Below, piece after piece: positions 1 to 12,358 of a stretch of 64,000 bases of DNA. Each line of letters starts with the position of its first letter. The first letter of the stretch is position 1. A model generated the notes under the pieces. The model was not told the DNA's origin. It saw only the letters and a program-made list of their open reading frames with translations, and made no database searches. The DNA comes from Negaprion brevirostris. Lineage: Eukaryota. The stretch covers positions 22,755,822 through 22,819,821 of the forward strand of contig JARDVH010000150.1 in NCBI GenBank assembly GCA_030324005.1, written 5' to 3'. A program made the translations under genes and the position numbers.

Positions 1-1229
1 TCCAGCCGTGTCCACTGATTTTTATCGAGATTCACGCTAGGGCACTCTGTGATGCACAGTGTGTGGGAGATCCATTTTGAAAATCCTGCTTAAAAGAAGA
101 CAGTTAGACTAATTCCAGTTTTTATGCAAATTTGGCACGTCGAATTTTTTTGGGAGAATCCCAGCCAATAACCTTTCTCCAACTTGGGTGGAAAGGTGGG
201 GGAAATGCCTCAATCTGAAGGCCTCTTCAGATTTAGGGCACCCTCCCTTTCAGGACTTTGGAGCTCCAGACCACTCACCCTCCGATCTACTTCCTGAAGT
301 CATGATTGCTTCACTTCCGACCCCCCCAGGGCATCCCCTGTCCACCCACCCCTGGGATTTCCTTTTTTGAAGGTCCTGGGACTTTGTTTCAGGCAGAGGA
401 CCACAATATCTCTTCTGGCCATTGCAGTGCTGTGCTTGGCTGTGTTGGCCTGACATCAGGCAATTGACAGCTCAGGTGGAATTTCTTTCCAAGAGTGGAT
501 GTAAATCCTGTCCACTGCCAATTAAGGCTCAAGTAAGTATTAAGTGGCAGTGGGATTCTGACAGTTGACACGTCGACTCTCAGGTGGCAAGCGTCAAGCA
601 CTCTTCATCTTCAAAATTCTATTCCTGGTTATTTGTCAAATTGAGTTGACTGAGAACATACAAATATGGCCTGTTACTCATTCTACCAAGGCTGGCAGGG
701 AGATTTGGCATTTGTCTTGTATTTCCCTACCCACTAGAATAATTTTCTTGGTGAAAAGTAGAACTAGGATGTTTATCACTGTGTGGGTCAAGAGAGGCAG
801 AGTTATATGTAACCAGGGCATCAGAAACAAAAAGAAAAACCATTGACAAACTAGTTTATAAGAGCATGCCTGGAGCATGTCTTTAAGCCAGGCAGTGGAT
901 GACAGATGCACACATTAGTGTTAATCACTCAGTTTTGCTATTTTGCAAAGTGACACTTCATAGAGAATTGAATTACAGGAACATTTGATCCGAGTGAACC
1001 ACAAACACGGCAATTCTTGAAAAAATGGCTCCTCTTTATTTGATGTGCACATGACAGCAAACAGCTTCATCCAAATATCCAATTCTTTGAGTGTCTCATG
1101 TATGAGTCTCTCGTGAATGTTCCTTAATAGCTAGTTTTTTGAAGTTATTCAAGGGCGTGTCAAGTATAAATTGTACCAATGGTCTTATCATTTATACATG
1201 TACACTTGATGAAGGAAACCTGAATGCAT

Positions 1230-1935
1230 TTGTCTCCTCCAGATTTACTATTCCAGTGCTTTCTCTGGACAGCCTCCTACCTTTCTCACTCCATAAAAGT
1301 TAGTCCCTTCAAAACTTTGCTGTCATATTCTATGGCGTGCAGATGCCGGCGTTGGACTGGGGTAAATACAGTAAGAAATCCCACACCATGTTAAAGTCCA
1401 ACAAGTTTATTTGGTAGCACACGCCACTAGCTTTTGGAGTGTTGCCCCATCATCAGGTGAATGAATCTTACTGTGTCATGTTCTATCCCACACCAAATCT
1501 TGTTCACTCATTACTTACTGATCCATATGGGTTGAGACATATGTTCCTCATATGCCTCAACCTTACAGTTCTCATTGCTATCTTTAAATCCTTTAATGAT
1601 CATGCTTCTTTTCACCTCTGCAACTACCTTCAGCCCTACAGTCCTTCAAGAATCTGCACTGCTCCAAATCTGGCCTCCTGTGCATTTCCGAGTCACATCA
1701 CCCATCATTTTGCAGCTGTGTGTTCAGCTATCTCAGCCTGAAGATTTAAGTTTCTCTGCCTCTCCACCTCCCTCTCCTCCCACCTAAAAACTCACTTCAC
1801 TGACCAAGCTTTTGACCTTTCCTCACATTGTCTTCTTTGGTTGAATATTAGTTATGGCCTGATGACACTTGTGTGAGGTATTCTGGAATATTTAATTATG
1901 TTAAAGGTGCCTTCTAGTTGGAAAATGCAAGGTGC
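1230..1935 (+). mobile_element. Degenerate L2-type LINE 3' fragment, interrupted by a Penelope-terminus insertion
   Basis: Decayed L2 ORF2 3' end (ctccaga..tactattcc; cctctgcaactaccttcagccctaca; tgaccaagcttttg) and a tail ending tatgttaaaggtgc. Confidence 0.55.
1334..1473 (-). mobile_element. Penelope-like element terminal fragment with minimal hammerhead motif (copy 1)
   Basis: Shares agatgccggcgttggactggggtaaa...gttaaagtccaaca with four other copies. Flanked by tgtcatattctat (1321-1333) and tgtcatgttctat (1474-1486). Minus strand CAC-CTGATGA-tggggcaacactcc-AAAA-gcta-GTG. Confidence 0.7.
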
Positions 1936-2329
1936 TGTTAATCAGAAAATTGGGTCAGGTCTGAAGAAATAATTCATACATATCATGCCATTCATCCTTC
2001 ATTTAAATTCCAGGGAACAGTGCCTTTTTGTGCTCAATGGTTTCTCAACAGATGATCATTTTCCATGTTTTTTGTTCTCTTTTAAATTAACTGAATTTTG
2101 TTTCAATATACAGAAACATTTTCATATGGATCTAAGTCTTTTTTTCAAATCAGTCTGCAATTAGAAACAAACACTTGAATCTAGCTGATTTTAAAAGTGG
2201 CAGCCTCAAAAATGGACATTCATAAAAACAATCACAATTACACTTTTGAGGATAGAATCTCTGTGTACTGAATATTCCCACTCACTTCCAATCAACTATT
2301 GTTTTCATCCAAACATTGCACGGCCATAT

Positions 2330-2636
2330 AATCATAGAATCCTACAGTGCAGGAGGAGGCCACCTGGCCCATCAAATCTGCATCAACCACATCCCACCCA
2401 GCCCCTATCCACGTAACCCCACATATTTACCCTGCTAGTCCCACTGACACTAAAAGACAATTTACCATGGCCAATCAACCTAACCCTCACATCTTTGGAC
2501 TGTGAGTGAAAACTGGAGCACCCAGAGAAAACCCACGCAGACACGAGAAGGATATGCAAACTCCACACGGTGATCCAAGCCAGGAATCAAACCCATTTCT
2601 TGGCACTGTGAGGCAGCAGTGCTAACCACTGTGTAC
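2330..2636 (-). mobile_element. HE1/V-SINE-type tRNA-derived SINE
   Basis: Minus strand: cacagtggttagcactgctgcctcacag head, V-domain gggttt..gggtgctccagtttt, CR1-like tail ending ttctatgatt. Confidence 0.85.
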
Positions 2637-3933
2637 CTCACCCATCCATTTGAATTCACAAGAAACATTAGAACAGATTTTCCTCACTCCCTAACCCAGA
2701 ATAGGGCACCAATCAGCCAGTACATAGCAAAAGTGCATGCCATCTAATGTTATGAAACACCTTTTGAAATCCATGTGCACAACATAATTGCAGCACCCTC
2801 AGCCACCCTCTCTGTTTGTCAAAAAATTGAGTCTAAATCTTCCAACTTTCTTACACCACTCCTCCTCACCCCATCCATCTTGGAAACCTTGGAAATCCTA
2901 GGAAACACGAAAGAGTAGAGACTCAAGTCTCTGCTCCATTCCTTTTGGTTTGAAATTGGAAGCTGAACAAAGACTTCTTATGTCACAAGAGAAAATGTGG
3001 CCTGGTGTTTTTGTAGACATCAGCATGATTTGGAAATATAATTCTGCATTAAATCTTTTGCTCCTTTAATTTTTGATTTTACATGCAATTAATTATGGAA
3101 TAATTATGTTGTAGGACAAATATTTGCAAACCATGTAATTTTTCTGCACTTAAAGAGAGTCACATCCAGCATAATATTTCTTGGCAAGCAAGTTCTATAT
3201 TTAACTGACCCTTTTGTGTTTATACACTAGTGCATCATATTTCTCAGACTGTTAGTTCTAGCAGAGAAAATCAAGAAATTATGTCGAGAACCAAACAAGA
3301 AAATTAAGACACAGATTTACAGAAAGAAAATTGAAGCTTCTTTCACCAGAATTTGCAACAGCAGCTGGAGCAAATCAACTAATGTCAACGAAGCAAAGGC
3401 ACTATGAAGTTCAACATTTTCAAGGACCACCCGCTTGGCATTTTATAAATAACTTGTTTCAGTGGGTTTTTCTTTTGGCATTCTGAATAAAATTCAACGA
3501 TCTACTCAGAAAACACTGCCCATTATTAGCCAAGAAGGGAGACCATGGATGTGTCTGGTCTGTATAGCTTACCATAGGATATGCTTCATGTAGCAAATAA
3601 TGCAAACTCTTGATTGTGATGCTTGATATAATTACAAGTCAGACACACAACAGGAACTGAGATGGGTGACAGGTATCAAAAAACTAGTGTGGTGCTTCAA
3701 TTATGCTGTACATTTTTAGGCATCCTGGTTAGCTGCATGAAACTGGCATTAAGTCTCTTTAATATTTAATGATGGTCAGCACACAAGTTGAAGTGCCCCT
3801 CCCAGATACTGAACTGCCCTGAGTAGAATAAGTCTTAGCCCTGCTCCACTCAGGTTAGCTGAATGTTGAAGCTGAGCTTCAAACCTCATATCCATTAAAT
3901 CACACAAGCCACCTACTTTAACTTTCACAATAG

Positions 3934-4310
3934 CAGCACAATGGAACAGTGGTTAGCACTGCTGCCTCACAGCGCCAGAGACAGGGAGAGGGCTTGGGTG
4001 GGATTGTTGATGGTGCAACCTCGACAGGCTGAACATTCATTCAGCCTTTGCCATCGAAGAAGCATGGTAGCACTGCTACCTCACAGCGCCAGGGTCCCGG
4101 CATCAATCCCTGTGTCTGCAAGGGTACTCCAGTTTCCTCCCACAATCCAAAAGACGTGCTGGTCAGGTGGATTGGCCACGCTAAATTCTCCCTCATTTAC
4201 TCGAACAGACATCAGAGAGTGGTGACTCGGGGATTTTCACAGTAATTCCATTGCAGTGTCAATGTAAGCCTACTTCTGACACTAATAAATAAACATTAAA
4301 ACTTTAAACT
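3934..4310 (+). mobile_element. Two adjacent V-SINE pieces; the second has the alternative tail (ggggattttcacagta...gtaagcctact..tgacactaataaataaac)
   Basis: Two SINE heads (gtggttagcactgctgcctcacagcgccag at about 3950 and 4065); tail shared with the copies at 19675 and 23280. Confidence 0.75.
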
Positions 4311-4393
4311 TCAGACTCAACCATTCCAACTATCCCATTGCTAGTTTTTCACTTGTATAAACTTCACCTTATCTAATTTGCTACCATTCCTTT

Positions 4394-4716
4394 CATAGAA
4401 TCATAGAAACTACAGTGCAAAAAGAGTCCACTCAGTCCATCGAGTCTGCACCACCACAATCCCACTCAGGCACTATCCCCATAACCCCATATATTTACCC
4501 TCCTAATCCCCCTAACACTAAAGGGTGATTTAACATGGCCAATCCACCTAACCTGCACATCTTTGGACTGTGGGAGGAAACCGGGGCACCCGGAGAAATC
4601 CACACAGACACACGGAAAACATGCAAACTCTACACAGTGACCCGAGGCTGGGAATTGAACCCAGGTCCCTGGTGTTGTGAGGCAGCAGTGCTAATTACAG
4701 TGCCACCATGCTGCCC
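4394..4716 (-). mobile_element. HE1/V-SINE-type SINE, near full length
   Basis: Plus strand tcatagaatcatagaa tail through gtgggaggaaaccgg..cacccgga to gaggcagcagtgcta...gtgccaccatgctgccc. Confidence 0.88.
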
Positions 4717-5925
4717 TATCCTACGCCAAATCTCACTCCTCCAACTTTGCCTTAATTCATTCAAGTTTCTGTCCTCACTAATGTTTAAACTCCTCCGGGC
4801 TTCACTCCACACTCCATTGTTAACCTGTTCCTGAACCCCATAAGCTCTTGCTTGGCCATTTCACCTTCCTTCACCACACCACTACATACAATGCCAACAG
4901 CTGCTATGGTCTCCCCACTCTGAAATTCCTTCACTAAATCCTCAGGCCTTTCCTCCTTAAAATCCATTCATTGATCAAGTTTATGGTCACACCTCAACAT
5001 TTTGCTTTTACCTTTGTAGCTCTGTAAAGAATCTTGGGGTGTTTTCCATATTAAACGGATAAGGTCAATTGTTATGTCATGATGATGATAGTCGCAGTAC
5101 TGATAATAGAAGTATATAAATTGTAGGCATGAGAAAGATTGAGTACTGTTTCAGGATCTGGATGATGCAGAGACTAGGATGACTGAACATCCTTCTCTTC
5201 ATTCTTCACTCTCACGTGCTTTTCCTAACTCGCTCCTTCAATTTCCTCTGCCTCACACCATTCCTCCTTGTGAGCTTCTGCTCTGGGTGGACCAATGGAT
5301 GAAGCGCTTACCAGAGACAGAGACAAAAGAACTTCTACAGAAGTTCTCCCAATCCCTGTGCTGTAACATCAGTTCCAGATGAACAGGAAATAATGGCTGG
5401 TTAGAGTGTATCCATGGAGGTTTCCACTGAACGTACAGCAAAGTTACAGCAGGAGATTAGAGGACCCCCAAAACAGAAAATTTCCCCTAAAGTGTATCTA
5501 TTAAGGAATGGAACTGAGATGAACCCTTACTTGCCTTATTGAGCTTAACTGGAGAGCAGCATTTACAGCAACCTTTTGGACAAGGAACAATGCACAGCAC
5601 AGAGGGACAGAAAAAGTAACTTGCAAAGTGAGAAAAAGGGCAATTTTTAAAAATGTTTATTCAAAAGTCCCAAATGAATGATTCTACGTTTTATACCAAT
5701 CCATGCCATCATCTATTAATACAGGTCTCCAACTAAAAAAATTACCAAGGAAAAGCATCTGTACATGTTCGATTTATATTCTGCTATTGGTGCAAAGCAA
5801 CTACAGTTGTCTCTAACAATAGGACGTTCTGAATGGTTTCAAAGGACAACATATTATTAACTTCCTGCTGAACATCACTGTCTCTCCAGAGGAGGAACCT
5901 TGAGAGAATCAGATTTTGTACTCAC

Positions 5926-6050
5926 CTCCTTCCATTTCCTCCTGCCAGTTCCGACTGCTGCTTGCAGGTGAGCTGGGTGAAGGGTAAAACTCCCCACCTG
6001 GACTAGTGTCTATATCATCTTCCATTGAACCAGATTTGTGTCTTTTACTC
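5926..6050 (-). CDS. NFIC: NFIC internal coding exon (equivalent to human exon 6), 125 nt, phase 2-1
   Basis: tctttcttctacgacag|GAGTAAAAGA...GAAGGAG|gtgagt. Translates [41 protein letters not shown], close to human [45 protein letters not shown] (recalled). In frame with the previous exon. Confidence 0.97.
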
Positions 6051-6739
6051 CTGTCGTAGAAGAAAGACTCTGTTCACCACATAGAAAACAAATAAATTCA
6101 CGAAGCATTTCTTATATTGGGCTTCTTTTTTTTTTAACCCCAATGCATGGTTAGCATAATAGATGTTATAAAGTGTGTTAAGTTTCAATGTTTCATTTCA
6201 CTATGATGCAGGAACAGTTCTTACCAAGTTATTGGGCTCTCTCTAATATAAATGATTCGAGCTGCATCAGACACACTTCTGTCATCAGTTTTGCTACCAG
6301 GCAAAATTTTCTGCCTTATATAAAATAGTTGCTTTCAAAGGAGGAGGAAATGCATAACGTTATAGTTGCAAGAAATAATTAAGGTTTCTGATAACATCTT
6401 CTGTGAAAGCAGGATTAAGAGCCCAACATGGTTTGTTCCTCTCTGGGTGTCAAAATGAAGGACGTCTCAAACTGGTTTGAAAGGCTCCTGGAGGAAGAGG
6501 GGGAAGATCCAGTCATTGTGATCCACTTAAAAACTGACACAGGGGAGTCTTCCAGGGAAGGTAAATAAAGAGCTTATGTTTGGCGAACCCCAGAAAAGAG
6601 GAACTAGACCTCAAGATAACTGAATTATTTCCTGAGCCATAAACAAACTGGTGCAGGGATAAGCAAAATTGCAAAGTGAACACATAGCTCAAGCAGTGGT
6701 ATTAGAGTGAGGGTTCCATTTCATGAGATGAGTGCTACA

Positions 6740-7010
6740 TGGCCCCTAGATAAAATGTTGATCGTTTAGGACAGAGATGGATGAATTTCTTCACTCAGGG
6801 GGTTGTGAATCTTTGTTGTATCCAATCCCAGAGCATTGTGGATGTGCCATCACTGAATATACTCAGGCTGGGATAGATAGATTTTTGATCTTGAAGGGCA
6901 TCAAGCGATAGGGGGAACAGATGGGAAAGCTAGGTCAAGGCAGATGATCGTGGCAAAACCTGCTCAAGAGGTCAAATGTTCCACTCCTGCTCCTATATCT
7001 TCTGTTTTTA
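6740..7010 (+). mobile_element. CR1 LINE 3' end fragment
   Basis: tttaggacagagatg...tttcttcactcagggggttgtgaatct...gatagatagattttt...ctcctgctcctat, typical CR1 ORF2 end and 3'UTR. Confidence 0.7.
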
Positions 7011-10000
7011 GGTTACACAACTCTTCCTCAGTACCAAAAAGAAATACATTGAATAGTCCAACAATTCATTGCATTGCAAAGAAGCATATCCTTTGCTTTA
7101 GCAAAGGCAATGCCACGGGAGATATGTTGATACATTGCATTGTAATAATACAAGATCTCTTTCAGTGTGTAAAGCAATCCATTCATCAAATTTTACCTAT
7201 TTAGCAAGCATTATTTCAAGTATGTTCTGTGATCCAGCTTGTAGCAGCTTGACATGCAAGTGGCTATGAACTACCTTACTTTCAGTAGATTTACAATCAA
7301 CGGTCATATGACATAATTGTACTCTCTCCCATGTAGTTAATAAAGGTAATACAACACTAACTTTGTGACTGCTGGAGATTTAATTTCTACAGTTAAAAAA
7401 AAATTTTTTAACATAGGAACAGGAGTAAACCATTGAGTGATATTTAATAGAAGTGACGGAGGTGTTGCCCGTTCATGAAAGCCATGCATCACCTCCCTTT
7501 AGGAAAANNNNNNNNNNNNNNNNNNNNNNNNNNNNNNNNNNNNNNNNNNNNNNNNNNNNNNNNNNNNNNNNNNNNNNNNNNNNNNNNNNNNNNNNNNNNN
7601 NNNNNNNTCCTTTTCCTCAAGTTTTGGAAGAGCTTGTATAAATTTAAATGTTTTCCCACCAAGTTCATGTTTTGCCTCAATGTGTATGAAAGCCATGCAT
7701 CACCTCCCTTTAGGAAAACTCACCAAATTAAGTGCCAACCAACCACTTAACTGACATCAGTGGGCCTTCCCTGAGATTAAGGTCTCATGGGCAGTTATCC
7801 CATCTCCAGCCTCCAAGACCTGTCAGCTATTACGATACCAGCAGCTGCTCACTGCTCAGTGGCATCAATAGAAGTGATGACTGCGGTCAGTAAGATGCCC
7901 ACCAGAGGTCTGGTGTCACAAAGGGACCCAAGCCATAGATGAGTGAAGGTGGGGTGGAAGTCACATGGGTAGAATGTGAGGTTCAGCAGCATGGGCAGGG
8001 CTGTGTCTCCTCAGAGGAGCTCTGCATTCTGATGCCAGGCCCCTCAATCAAGCATTAAATACCTTTGAACAAGGGATTCCCCCCAGAAGCTCACAAGTAA
8101 ACCCTGACAGGGTTTGTTCTTCAGCCTTCCTGTATGGTAATACCCTTACCTGTCACTAATTTCCTGCTTTTCAAGACTTCCTATTTTGCTTCTTCACTTT
8201 CCTATGCTTTGTACTTTGTACACTGCACCGACCATTGCATGAACAATATTTGCTTATCCACATTTTATTTCCCTCTCTCCTCTTTCTCTGAGGAAACAGC
8301 AGCCATGATGAAGCAGACAGTTCAACATGCATTAATGGGAAGATGGTGTCAAAGTTTCAATTATCTTGAAAATATCCAAATCCCTCAGTCCAGAGCTGTA
8401 ATAGTGGCTCTGTTCGATTTGAAATATTGAGTGATTTTATCTGCCAGTTTTGAGGCAATTTATTCTTTTCTTAAATGAGGATTGTCTCATTTTAAAATTT
8501 TCAATACATGGCTTGTATTGGTCAGAGGCTCCCCCCATCTGTCGTATATAGGTACTGTACCACAATTTGCTGTGTAGTGACTGCACAAACCAATGCTGGT
8601 TTTGCATTGCTGGATCTAATTGGATCCCATCGAAAAGTGTGTTCAACGCTCACAATGTTGCCTTTTGCAAGGTTTTGTGGAACGATAAAGCCCATGAATG
8701 GCGGGGCTTTACTACACCAACACCAGCGATGGCAGGATGAGACCCTGAAGTATGCATTAACTGCCCACTCAACAGCTTCAATTGGCAGGGGGAGAGAAAG
8801 GTTATCCACAAGCCTTCCTTCCCCAGGCTTAATTGGGGCAGAGATGGGCAGGCAGCAGGGTTCTTCCCAACACCCTCCCAATTAAACGCCCCCTCACCAT
8901 CAATCTGCTTTTGGAGAAGGATATTAAATATGACCCACTCAGCTCTCAAGCTTGTTTCCTCATTCAATCAGATCATGGCTGATATGTATCTAAACTCCAT
9001 TTGTCCACCTTGGTTTCATTGTCCCCTAACAAAAATCTACAAAACAACTCACATACATCTAAGCAAATAAATCAAGAGTGACATTGGCAAAAACTTCCAA
9101 ACAGGCCACCTGTCAGCCTATCAACTGGTAGAATTGAAGCAAGATTGAAATGGAGACAAATACAACTTGATCATCACAACACTGTACCTCGGGATGGGAC
9201 CTGCATGGAAATAAGAGTTGAGATGCAGAACAGCCATGACCTAACTGAATGGGGAAACAGGCTTAGGAGATTGAATGACCTATTCCTATTTTCCTAATAG
9301 TAGCTGACTTCAGAAAAGAAATCAAAATTTTCCCGGGTATCGGCAAAAACTGATAGCAGGTGGGAAAAGCGGCATTGAAGCTGCTGGCTGGAATGGTGGC
9401 TTTCTTTACCATAACATTTGAGACCTAGACTCAGAAACCACATGAGGAGTCGGCAACCCACCTTATCGCACTGGTGGGATGGGCTCTAATTGAATCCGCG
9501 CCATCAGCAACTTACTCAAAGAAAGGAGCACCATTTTTATGGGCTACTCCAATGCACAATAATTCACTAGGGACAACCACATGCACACCCCCCAACATCA
9601 CAGCCCAGGCAGCGCCAGAGGTTAGTGCCTGGGTATGACTCTCGCCACCCTAAGCAATATGAATCACCTGAGCTCCTCTGGAAAGTCTACTTTCCAGGTA
9701 CGTGCCTTAGGTGGCCAGTCAGCTTTCACATTGGTCTGACCTCACGCCAATGTGCATGGAGAAGGGATGGGGGATGATTGACGCCTAGAAGCTTGATGAC
9801 TATAGCTGATGTATGGAAGTGATGTTCTGACATCGAAAGCTACATCACTGGCAGCGGAGGGGACAATTGTGTCATGAAAATTTTCTGCTCCCATCACCAA
9901 AACTGCCCAACGATAACCAGAGTGAAAATATACGGGCCAAGATCATCTTTGTTTAAAATATTACATCATTAATTCCCATGATGAATCTGTTAATTCTTTG

Positions 10001-11084
10001 ACTTAAAAAAACTTTCTAATGGATGAGCTCCAACATGTGAATGGATTCACAACAGGGAAACTTCCTGACCCAGTGTCAGGGGTGAGTTTCCACTCTCTGC
10101 TCTTGCCAGTTTGTGGCATGGTTATTTTGGTCCAAGGGTAATAACAGTTCATAACGGGCTCCAGGAAAGATTCACCACAACAAGCCGGAACGCACCTTGG
10201 ACCCTTAGGGTGATCACGGTGGTGCTGCATCGGGACCATGATGGCATCTCAGAAGCCGTTGGAAGAAAGATCGAAGTGGCCACAAAGCCCTGATGATTAT
10301 ANNNNNNNNNNGCTTCACCAGGTAAAGGATCAGAATGAGAAGAAGATTCAAATGGGTTCTGTCATCTAATTTTAGCAGTTGGGCCATCACTGATGCTACC
10401 ATGGGCTTTTTGCAGCTTCTCAACAGGTGACCCTGAGAAACAGCAACAAGAGGAACTGATATGATGGAAACAGGAAGGGAAGCTGATGCCTTTTCACTTC
10501 CTCTGTATTTACTCATGGTGAACAGGAAAAGGGTGGCCTTAATTCTCTATTTTCCCTGTTGCTTCTGCAGAATAGTGGATAAATATTAAGCAGATAATCA
10601 GCCATGATCATATCGAATGGTAGCGCAGGCTCAAGAGGTCATATGGTCTACATCCCCTCTCACTTCCTAAGAAGATGGAAATTTCCAGGAACAATTTAGT
10701 ATAACTATGGTTAAGAGTCACGTGAAGCCACTTATTCTGGGGAAATCTCAATAAACTGATTTATACTCATTTTACACTAAAACCTTGTATCATGGGAATT
10801 TCTTTCAGTATTTTCACCACTTTTGAGATACCAATGCCAAACCTGCCCCTCCGGCATTTACAGAACCTCACCCCCTCTAGGGAACATTTCATGTGAGTTT
10901 CCTGAACTTGCGCCAGTAATGTGTGATTGTAGATTTTGTTGCAAATATCTAGTTCATGGTTCACATGTTTTAGTATATATAATTTTTAGTTTTACGAATT
11001 AAAGTGTAACTGTACAAAATTGGATAAATGCAATTAAAGCAAGCTTGAAATCTATTACACTTTGACAGTTGGGTTAACAGTTAG

Positions 11085-11636
11085 AACATACAAACATATG
11101 AATCAGGAACCATTTGGCCCCTCGAGCTTGCTCCATCATTCAATCAGATGATGGCTGCTCTAACCTTCACCCCAACTTCTCTTCCCATTTCTGTTACATC
11201 AGTTACTCTTGTTGCTGTTTCTCAGGATCACCTGGAGAGAAACTGCAATAAGACCAGGGTAGCAACAGCGATGGTCTCACTGCTACAAGTGGATGGCAGG
11301 CCCCAGTTGAATCTTCCTCTCATTCTGATCCTTTACCTGCTGAAGTTAAGGCTTCAGTGTAACTCTTCTAATCTTCAGGGCTTTGTGGTTCCTTCCATCT
11401 TTCTTCCAACATCTTTTGGGTGGCATCATGGTCCCACTGTAGCACTAGCATGATCATCCTATGGGTCTGCGGTGCATTCTGGCTTATTGGGAAGAATATT
11501 TCCTGAAACCTGTCATGGACTGTTATTGTTCCATGATAGCCATTCCTGTCTAACCCCAAAAACCTTTCAACTCCTTGTTAATCAAGAATCAATTTAGCTT
11601 TGTCTTAAAATATTCAAAGATTCTGCTTCCACTGAG
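11085..11636 (-). mobile_element. CR1 3' end fragment interrupted by a ~370 bp unknown repeat
   Basis: aacata...catttggcccctcgagcttgctccatcattcaat, resuming at taaccccaaaaacctttc...ttctgcttccact. Confidence 0.55.
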
Positions 11637-12054
11637 GGATTGCCTAATTAAAATGCTAGGGTTAGAGATTGCCAGAACACCTAAAGAAACAGCAGTTCAA
11701 AAGGTGACCTTGTTTATTTAATAAAGTCAGAATAGATGAGATAGGCCTATAAAACAGCATATAGGCTTAATTAGCTAAAGAGCTGGAGGCATGATCTTTG
11801 CAAAGCTTGCAACAATGTCCATTCATGGGATGCTTATGTTTTGGGAGGTAGAACTAAATTTGTTTAAAAAGCATTCAGCAAATGCTAAAAGATTTTAAAA
11901 TCCATTTATTGCATCAGATCAAAAACAAAATGGTAAATGAGGTAGAGTCAATTTAAAGGTTGGTTTATGGATAGTCAAGACGAGGCTGCATCATCATGAC
12001 AATGGGTTGATCTTCAGAAGGTTTTCTAGTTTCAATTTATCTGGTTGTTTGCTG

Positions 12055-12358
12055 AGGTAATGAGGCGGGTAGAATTAGGGACCTTGTGGTGAAGGATCTT
12101 CTTGGGGAGAGTGATCATTGTATGGTGGAGTTTCTGGTGCAGATGGAGGAGGAGAAAGTGGGTTCCCGGACACGCGNNNNNNNNNNNNNNNNNNNNNNNN
12201 NNNNNNNNNNNNNNNNNNNNNNNNNNNNNNNNNNNNNNNNNNNNNNNNNNNNNNNNNNNNNNNNNNNNNNNNNNNNATCTTACTGAATGGCGGGGCAGGC
12301 TCGAAGGGCTAGATGGCCTACTCCTGCTCCTATTTCTTATGTGCTTTATGTTCTTATG
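12055..12358 (+). mobile_element. Young CR1 LINE spanning an assembly gap
   Basis: Left side translates VKDLLGESDHCMVEF (APE endonuclease SDH motif); right side is the 3'UTR gaatggcggggcaggctcgaagggctagatggcctactcctgctcctatttcttatg. Confidence 0.85.

Noticed and set aside
1-5925. Search for NFIC exon 7 (SPVKK...HHRP)
   Set aside because: Not found on the minus strand; presumably beyond the window start.
7474-7717. Direct repeat atgaaagccatgcatcacctccctttaggaaa on both sides of a gap
   Set aside because: Identical and adjacent to a 100-N gap; most likely a scaffolding overlap artefact.
8508-8967. Overlapping 105-125 aa ORFs on both strands
   Set aside because: Partly repeat-derived, no splice or family evidence, not NFI-like.
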